Source of the DNA: a virus
Length of the DNA: 64,000 nt
Virus record (IMG/VR): IMGVR_UViG_3300035698_007036
Location: 1-64,000 of that record
Direction: 5' to 3' (one strand)
Shown: positions 58,635 to 64,000 of the stretch, in pieces
Layout of the letters: every line of letters starts with the position of its first letter
How positions within the stretch are numbered: the first letter of the stretch is position 1
The notes under the pieces: model-generated
The model's input: the letters and a program-made list of their open reading frames with translations, nothing else
What the model was told of the DNA's origin: nothing
The model's database searches: none
Position numbers and translations under genes: made by a program

Positions 58635-59225
58635 ATGGCTATAGAAAGAGTAAAAATAAGGGCTAGAATAACTATAGGAAGTTTAGTAGTCGAGACTCCT
58701 TACATACAATCTTTCAATGTGAACGTCGCTAGAGGTCAGATATCTACTTTTTCAGCACAACTAAAAGTACTGGCAGCAGAAATAGTTGATAAAATAACAG
58801 GTTCTGGTATAATCATACAGGCTGGTGAAAATTCACCAAGTAAAACAATTTTTTCTGGTGTAGTAAAGAGGGCGAAGATAACCCCAGTTTTTGACGATCC
58901 CTCTTTTATTTTAATGAGTCTGGATGGTCAAGACGTTTTAAGTTATCTTTCAGGTAAGAAATATACCAGGCGTTGCAGAGCAACTGCCGCAACATGGGTC
59001 AGTTTAGATAATGTTTTAAGACCTGGGCTTAGAACTGGTAAATTTAGAGCTCAGGGGTCTATGTCAACTACTATAGTTCCTGTAGATGGTCTTATGAATA
59101 ATCAAAATCCGGTGACAACTACCCCCTCAACTATTCTTGACAGGGCTGCCTCCAACATGTCAACAACGGGAGATGTGATGACGATGTCTCAAATTGTTAC
59201 TATTTTAAATTACGATCCTGACTAA
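58635..59225 (+). CDS. Baseplate hub-like tail protein
   Basis: IQSFNV..STFSAQL..IFSGVV pattern of gp27/gpD-like N-domains. Confidence 0.5.
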   Translation: MAIERVKIRARITIGSLVVETPYIQSFNVNVARGQISTFSAQLKVLAAEIVDKITGSGIIIQAGENSPSKTIFSGVVKRAKITPVFDDPSFILMSLDGQDVLSYLSGKKYTRRCRATAATWVSLDNVLRPGLRTGKFRAQGSMSTTIVPVDGLMNNQNPVTTTPSTILDRAASNMSTTGDVMTMSQIVTILNYDPD

Positions 59226-59241
59226 GCTAAAAGGAGACAAT

Positions 59242-59628
59242 ATGGCAGAACAATCAAGCACAACAGCTGTACACTTACTAGCTGGTATGAAAGCCGAAAT
59301 GAGTATACCAAGACTGGCCGCTAATCCCAAAGCACCTTTTGCGGCCCAGGGCGAATATATGACTGAACATGGAACTAAAATAACTTTACAAAATGGATTT
59401 TATGTAGAGGATACTTCAGTAGGTGAAATAACTTCTGTATCATCAGACAAAATTGCCATAACTTATTGGCACAAGAAAGCCGAAAAAAACACAGTGTGGT
59501 TCATAGCAGCCAATAGATTACAAAAAGCTCGTTTTGATGTCATAGCAGTATCAATCCACGACCATTCAAATATTGTACAAGGTGGTCCTGCTTATGGTAC
59601 TTATTTTAGTGATAGTGAGGAGGACTAA
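59242..59628 (+). CDS. Tail tip protein with C-terminal HxH
   Basis: SIHDHS near the C-terminus; AGGAG SD. Confidence 0.45.
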   Translation: MAEQSSTTAVHLLAGMKAEMSIPRLAANPKAPFAAQGEYMTEHGTKITLQNGFYVEDTSVGEITSVSSDKIAITYWHKKAEKNTVWFIAANRLQKARFDVIAVSIHDHSNIVQGGPAYGTYFSDSEED

Positions 59629-59631
59629 AAG

Positions 59632-60216
59632 ATGGCTAATGAGTGCTGTCAGATTGTTAGCGATCTAGATCTTGGTTTAGAGGCATGTATAATTTCTATA
59701 AATGTCAGTAGTAATACTGAAACATTTTGGTTATGTAACGAGGTCAAACTTGGCCCTACTATAGGCACTGTATCTATATCAGCCTATGCTAACAGTAGAG
59801 TGTACGTGGGATGTCCCAGTAAAGCTGGCGTTTCTGTAAATTGGATGAGGCGTTATGATTGTGATGATAACGTTGTACACTTTTTGAATAATGGTCAGGG
59901 ACAGTCTTATATATCAGGAGAAACTGCAGGATTGGTTGAGATAATTAATACTACTGGCCGAACATATCCTGTAATCAGTGCCAGTGCTTCGTCGGGACCG
60001 GCTTCAACTTATATGAAGACTGACAGGGAGGATGGTTTTGGGTTAACGTACTCTGGAGACCCTTGGAATTTTGATACATCCGATTTGGAAACCATTGTAA
60101 TAGATAATTTCGGAGTGGCGGCTGGAAATATGTATTTACAGAATTTTGATCTAACCCTAACCCCAGGAACTTTACCAGTGGCAAATTTCTCATTTATGTT
60201 TTTTATTGACGATTAA
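59632..60216 (+). CDS. Minor tail protein (tube-fold-like)
   Basis: Beta-rich, resembles 61040-61708 at both ends. Confidence 0.45.
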   Translation: MANECCQIVSDLDLGLEACIISINVSSNTETFWLCNEVKLGPTIGTVSISAYANSRVYVGCPSKAGVSVNWMRRYDCDDNVVHFLNNGQGQSYISGETAGLVEIINTTGRTYPVISASASSGPASTYMKTDREDGFGLTYSGDPWNFDTSDLETIVIDNFGVAAGNMYLQNFDLTLTPGTLPVANFSFMFFIDD

Positions 60217-60228
60217 GGGGGATGTACT

Positions 60229-60516
60229 ATGGCAGATGAAATGCAACCGGGAGTACAATATAAACTAAGAGCTGGTTCTCCCATGCCCACAACTGGTGGA
60301 AAGTTTGTATGGCATACATTTAAAGTTGAAAAATTTTTAGTAGAGAATTATATTTGTACTGAAGATCTACCAGGAAGCGACGATTTTAGAGGTCAGGGTG
60401 GGGATTACATTTCGGCCAGTTTTTCTAGAGTAGGGGTGAGAGGTGGCACAGTTTTTCAGGGTAAGAAAACCAAAAGCCCTACATTTATTGAAGAAGATGA
60501 TCCAGAAATGGGTTAA
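60229..60516 (+). CDS. Hypothetical tail-region protein
   Basis: 95 aa with SD. Confidence 0.55.
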   Translation: MADEMQPGVQYKLRAGSPMPTTGGKFVWHTFKVEKFLVENYICTEDLPGSDDFRGQGGDYISASFSRVGVRGGTVFQGKKTKSPTFIEEDDPEMG

Positions 60517-60531
60517 TAAAGGGAGTGTGTT

Positions 60532-60786
60532 ATGGCAGATAGTCCGGTGGATTTCATAGAATGTACGTCGTTAAACATATCTTATGATGTTATGGGTATA
60601 GCCACGTTAAGTTTTACTGTTGTTCATAATTATTATTCTGCTAGCATGCTATCAAGTTATAAAGAGATAGGACCTGTTGGTGGTCAGACATTCAGTGGTT
60701 ATATAACTGATGCTTATATGAGTGCTATATTAAAAACTGACGGTTGGTATGAGACTCAAGTAACTCTTATAACTACAACTAATTAA
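60532..60786 (+). CDS. Hypothetical tail-region protein
   Basis: 84 aa, beta-rich, GQTFSGYI. Confidence 0.55.
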   Translation: MADSPVDFIECTSLNISYDVMGIATLSFTVVHNYYSASMLSSYKEIGPVGGQTFSGYITDAYMSAILKTDGWYETQVTLITTTN

Positions 60787-60798
60787 GGAGAAACTGAT

Positions 60799-60999
60799 AT
60801 GGCATGTGGCGGGTGTGCGAGAAGACAAGCAGCAAAAAGTGCTAACGCAGCTAACCCAGTTATGGGTGGATATAGATATCTTACCGATGTTCAAATAAGA
60901 GCAAGACTTGAGGCTTATAAAAAAAGATACTGTAATGAATGTAGTAAAAGATACGAATGTGACTATTCTTCGTACATAACATGTAAGAATATCACTTAA
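60799..60999 (+). CDS. Small Cys-rich protein
   Basis: MACGGC..CNEC..C..C; AGGAG SD. Confidence 0.6.
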   Translation: MACGGCARRQAAKSANAANPVMGGYRYLTDVQIRARLEAYKKRYCNECSKRYECDYSSYITCKNIT

Positions 61000-61004
61000 T
61001 AATG

Positions 61005-61023
61005 TAACTTATATAGATATAGA
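61005..61023 (+). promoter_or_regulatory. Candidate late promoter TAAC-N9-TATAGA
   Basis: TAACTTATATAGATATAGA just upstream of the SD for 61040. Confidence 0.35.
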
Positions 61024-61039
61024 AAAGGAGGAAGTTGTT

Positions 61040-61708
61040 ATGGCCATTATTATAGGATTTGCCACCCAGGTAGGGGGAGATTTTGTTGGGGCCTGTGCGA
61101 CATCGGTAAGTTGGGGTTACAGCCCTAATGTACAGAGACTTTATTGTCTAGGACCACCGGCTCAGGCAGCGTACAGTATTGAAAAACCAACAGAAAATTT
61201 AACTATAGCGATTTACCAAGAAACTGGTGGACCTTCTACCCATGATGTCTCTGCCAGTGAATCTTGTGACGATCTTATTACCATTTCGGCAGCAGTTGAT
61301 CCAGGCTCTTGCGTTGGGTCAGTAGATGGAGTTTCAGGCGTGTGGTATTTAACTAGTTATGGTTATTCTAAAGGTGACCCACTTCTACCAGGTACGGAAA
61401 CCTGGACCATGACAAGATGGGTTGACGGGGCAGACCCAATTTTGTCCCCTGCTCCAACACACTTTATTAGGAATGCTGCGGAAGCACAGGCGTCTGTAGA
61501 GACGGGAACCATTTGCGGTGTAAATTGGGATAGTAATTATGCTATTCTGGAGGGTCGAACTGGAAGTGTTTCAGCCGGGTCACTTGGCCAGTCTAATTCC
61601 ACTTATTATGGCGTAGCAACATCAGTAGGCGGAGCAGCTGCTCCAGCTGGGGATACATATAACGGCAGTGCCAGTTGTCCTGTTACCCCATTATGGACTG
61701 GTGTTTAA
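61040..61708 (+). CDS. Minor tail protein (tube-fold-like)
   Basis: TSVSWGYSPNVQRLYCLG resembles the tube motif QSLGSTTTFTNEDIFELG. Confidence 0.5.
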   Translation: MAIIIGFATQVGGDFVGACATSVSWGYSPNVQRLYCLGPPAQAAYSIEKPTENLTIAIYQETGGPSTHDVSASESCDDLITISAAVDPGSCVGSVDGVSGVWYLTSYGYSKGDPLLPGTETWTMTRWVDGADPILSPAPTHFIRNAAEAQASVETGTICGVNWDSNYAILEGRTGSVSAGSLGQSNSTYYGVATSVGGAAAPAGDTYNGSASCPVTPLWTGV

Positions 61709-61726
61709 TTAGAAAGGATTAAAGGC

Positions 61727-62161
61727 ATGGATAGTTTTAGCATATCAGAAATATACACTTTGGAATTAAGATGGAAAGACGTGTTATATGAGACGGACAA
61801 TATATGTAAATTTGTAGGTGCTTATTTTGCTGGTCCTGCCCTAAGTAACGCTGAAAAGATAGGCTGCAATGATAGTATTAGGTTGGATTTTTTTAAACAG
61901 TATACTATTGTTATAAGAAATGCATATGTAGCAAGATTTTCTTGGTCTGAGGTAGTTTACGCTGTGGATGGCACTGTTGCCCTTAAGGATGCCAAAATGG
62001 AACATGACAAGTTGAACAAGGTACCTAAGCTGACGGCCCCGGATTACATAGTAATAGACACACATGACCATGAGTCTGATATCCACGTTTATAATTTAAA
62101 TTACACATCTTATGTTGTAAATGAGAATCATATCATGTACAATTTCATTAAGGGGAGATAG
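61727..62161 (+). CDS. Hypothetical protein
   Basis: 144 aa with SD. Confidence 0.55.
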   Translation: MDSFSISEIYTLELRWKDVLYETDNICKFVGAYFAGPALSNAEKIGCNDSIRLDFFKQYTIVIRNAYVARFSWSEVVYAVDGTVALKDAKMEHDKLNKVPKLTAPDYIVIDTHDHESDIHVYNLNYTSYVVNENHIMYNFIKGR

Positions 62162-62163
62162 GG

Positions 62164-62505
62164 ATGGCACCAAGAGGACGAAATAGATTTTGTGGTAGAG
62201 ATGATTTTTGGGAGCATGTCTATGGTACTACAGCGTCTGGTAATCTACCAGATTGGAAGAAAGATGACCATGAGGGACATTGTTGGGCACAGTGTCCGTA
62301 TTCTACCCAAAGCAGTACATTAAGAACAAGGCTTTTGTTAGAGTTAGGAGACTCTGATCCTTTACCAACTAAAGTAGATCATACCGATAGTGGCAAAGTC
62401 CATTATATGAGAACACAAAGTAAAGGAAGTGCGTGGGGATTTGAATGTACATATGACAATTGCCCTTACTATTTGTCTAATGGGCGAAGATACTTTTATG
62501 TTTAG
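62164..62505 (+). CDS. Cys/His-rich hypothetical protein
   Basis: C..H..HC..C..H..C..C pattern. Confidence 0.55.
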   Translation: MAPRGRNRFCGRDDFWEHVYGTTASGNLPDWKKDDHEGHCWAQCPYSTQSSTLRTRLLLELGDSDPLPTKVDHTDSGKVHYMRTQSKGSAWGFECTYDNCPYYLSNGRRYFYV

Positions 62506-62516
62506 GAGGAAATAAA

Positions 62517-63488
62517 ATGGCGTTAAACGTTGACACACAAGATCTTACGAATTATCCTGGAACTGTTAAGAGGGTTTCTATCGACACAAGTTCCATCGTG
62601 CCCGCCGGTTATGAGGGGGACGAGAAAATCGTTATGACAGGATCAACTACGGCTTACAGTGACAACACAGCAAGAACTGCTATTCAGTCTCTTTATATAA
62701 CTGATTTTAAAACAGGTTGGTTAAAGAGTTCTGGTTTTGCTGGCTCTGGCGGAAAATTCGATTTGGATTTAACTCATTACAGTTTTATGTTGAAGTTCGA
62801 CAGTACCGCAAGTGGTACTGATAGCTTAGGTTACTATCAAGTGGATTTAGATTATGGTACAACGCCCATCTCAGGCGAAGCTATTGCGGCTGATATGGAA
62901 ACAAAAATTAGGGCCTTGACAATGGCAACTGCAGATACTGGGTTCTCATTGGCTTACAAGAATGCTTCTGTAGAATTTATGAACAGTAAGTTTTATATAA
63001 TTTCTGGAAGTATTGGTGAGTACTATACTGGTTCTAATAGGACATCTGTTAGAGTTAAAGCCGCGAACACTAACGACTGTACATCAGAACTAGGATTTGA
63101 CATGAATATGAACAGTGAACTAATGGCGGCTGTTTCTGTTAAAGAGGCTGCTCTAGGTGCTAATTATACATTAGGTACTACACCGCTTACTATAGGTGCT
63201 GGTACTGGTGTGGCGGCAGGTGATGCTATGATGATCACTGACGGTACCAGTACTGATTATTTTACCGCTCTTACTGGAACAACCGATACATCGGTTGTAG
63301 TAGCAGTCAGTGCAACCAATGATTTTGACGGTATAGCCAGTAGCTATGCCACTGTTTCTGGGACTAAAGTACAGCTTCTTAGAGAGCAGGATCCGGACTC
63401 TGGGCCTACATCGTGGTATACAGATATGGATTCCATCGCTCGTTGGGCTATTAAAACAATGATAAATCAGATTGATTATAGCTCTTAA
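62517..63488 (+). CDS. Virion structural protein
   Basis: Thr/Ser/Gly-rich 323 aa, AGGAGG SD. Confidence 0.55.
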   Translation: MALNVDTQDLTNYPGTVKRVSIDTSSIVPAGYEGDEKIVMTGSTTAYSDNTARTAIQSLYITDFKTGWLKSSGFAGSGGKFDLDLTHYSFMLKFDSTASGTDSLGYYQVDLDYGTTPISGEAIAADMETKIRALTMATADTGFSLAYKNASVEFMNSKFYIISGSIGEYYTGSNRTSVRVKAANTNDCTSELGFDMNMNSELMAAVSVKEAALGANYTLGTTPLTIGAGTGVAAGDAMMITDGTSTDYFTALTGTTDTSVVVAVSATNDFDGIASSYATVSGTKVQLLREQDPDSGPTSWYTDMDSIARWAIKTMINQIDYSS

Positions 63489-63498
63489 GGAGAATTAA

Positions 63499-63993
63499 AT
63501 GGCTGAGTTTTTTATACGTAATAGTCTTAATCCTAGTAAAGTTGTTCTTTGCGGTATAACATACCGACAGGTTACACCTAAAGGTAACGACGGCGAAGCT
63601 ATATGGGTTGTAGAAATAGCTACAAATGAACTGGATATCAATGACGATACTATAGCTTCGGAGTATCTTAATTTAGTAGACCTGTCCTACCTTGAAGATG
63701 AGATAACTGAAGCGGTGGTAAGGATTTCTACCAAGGTAGATTGGTCACCTCTAATAACAGATACTAGAGCTCCGTATGTTGAATCAGTTTTTCCTGCTGA
63801 GTATGAAGTTCCATTAGAAACTTCTATAGAGGTGGTAATAAGGGAGATATTACCAGCGGCTGGTATAGATATTGATTCCATAACTATGAGTGTAGCCGAC
63901 TTTGATGTGTCAAACGAATTGGAAATAACTGGAGATCCTTATGATTACAAAGTAAAATGGTCACCATTCATAAGGGTACAGGACGAATATTAA
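63499..63993 (+). CDS. Ig-like domain virion protein
   Basis: DTRAPYVESVFP..IEV..GIDIDSI (Big_5/SbsA-like pattern). Confidence 0.55.
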   Translation: MAEFFIRNSLNPSKVVLCGITYRQVTPKGNDGEAIWVVEIATNELDINDDTIASEYLNLVDLSYLEDEITEAVVRISTKVDWSPLITDTRAPYVESVFPAEYEVPLETSIEVVIREILPAAGIDIDSITMSVADFDVSNELEITGDPYDYKVKWSPFIRVQDEY

Positions 63994-64000
63994 GGAGAGT

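Noticed and set aside
62517-63488. Tail sheath protein
   Set aside because: Short, outside the usual position before the tube gene, and no sheath C-terminal motifs recognised
1-64000. Stop-codon recoding, tRNA genes, integrase or transposase
   Set aside because: The standard code gives dense full-length genes; no cloverleaf or recombinase/transposase motifs were noticed by eye (tRNAscan not run)

Overview
This window is a dense, entirely plus-strand block from a large tailed phage, read in the standard genetic code with strong Shine-Dalgarno sites. From 1 to about 7.8 kb are accessory genes: an actin-fold ATPase with a coiled-coil neighbour, an M15 peptidase endolysin, a cold-shock protein, a dNMP kinase and HD and NUMOD3 proteins. 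A complete siphovirus-like morphogenesis module follows: putative TerS, an ATPase-only TerL paralog, TerL, portal, prohead protease, scaffold, decoration and major capsid proteins, head/neck proteins, a two-domain tail tube, chaperones, tape measure and tail-tip genes. No sheath gene is seen. The main result is the ~8,040-aa tape measure protein (32489-56620). Its N-terminal half carries a single-chain two-barrel RNA polymerase, with beta then beta' motifs in cellular order including the DFDGD catalytic loop at 40535-40549. A PD-(D/E)XK RecB-like nuclease domain follows, and only then the tape-measure core. This suggests a virion-delivered RNAP plus nuclease polyprotein. A TMP-fused RNAP has a precedent in Thermus phage P23-45, but this one appears to keep clamp elements and adds a nuclease. 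All calls come from reading motifs by eye and reference motifs are quoted from memory; no database searches were run.
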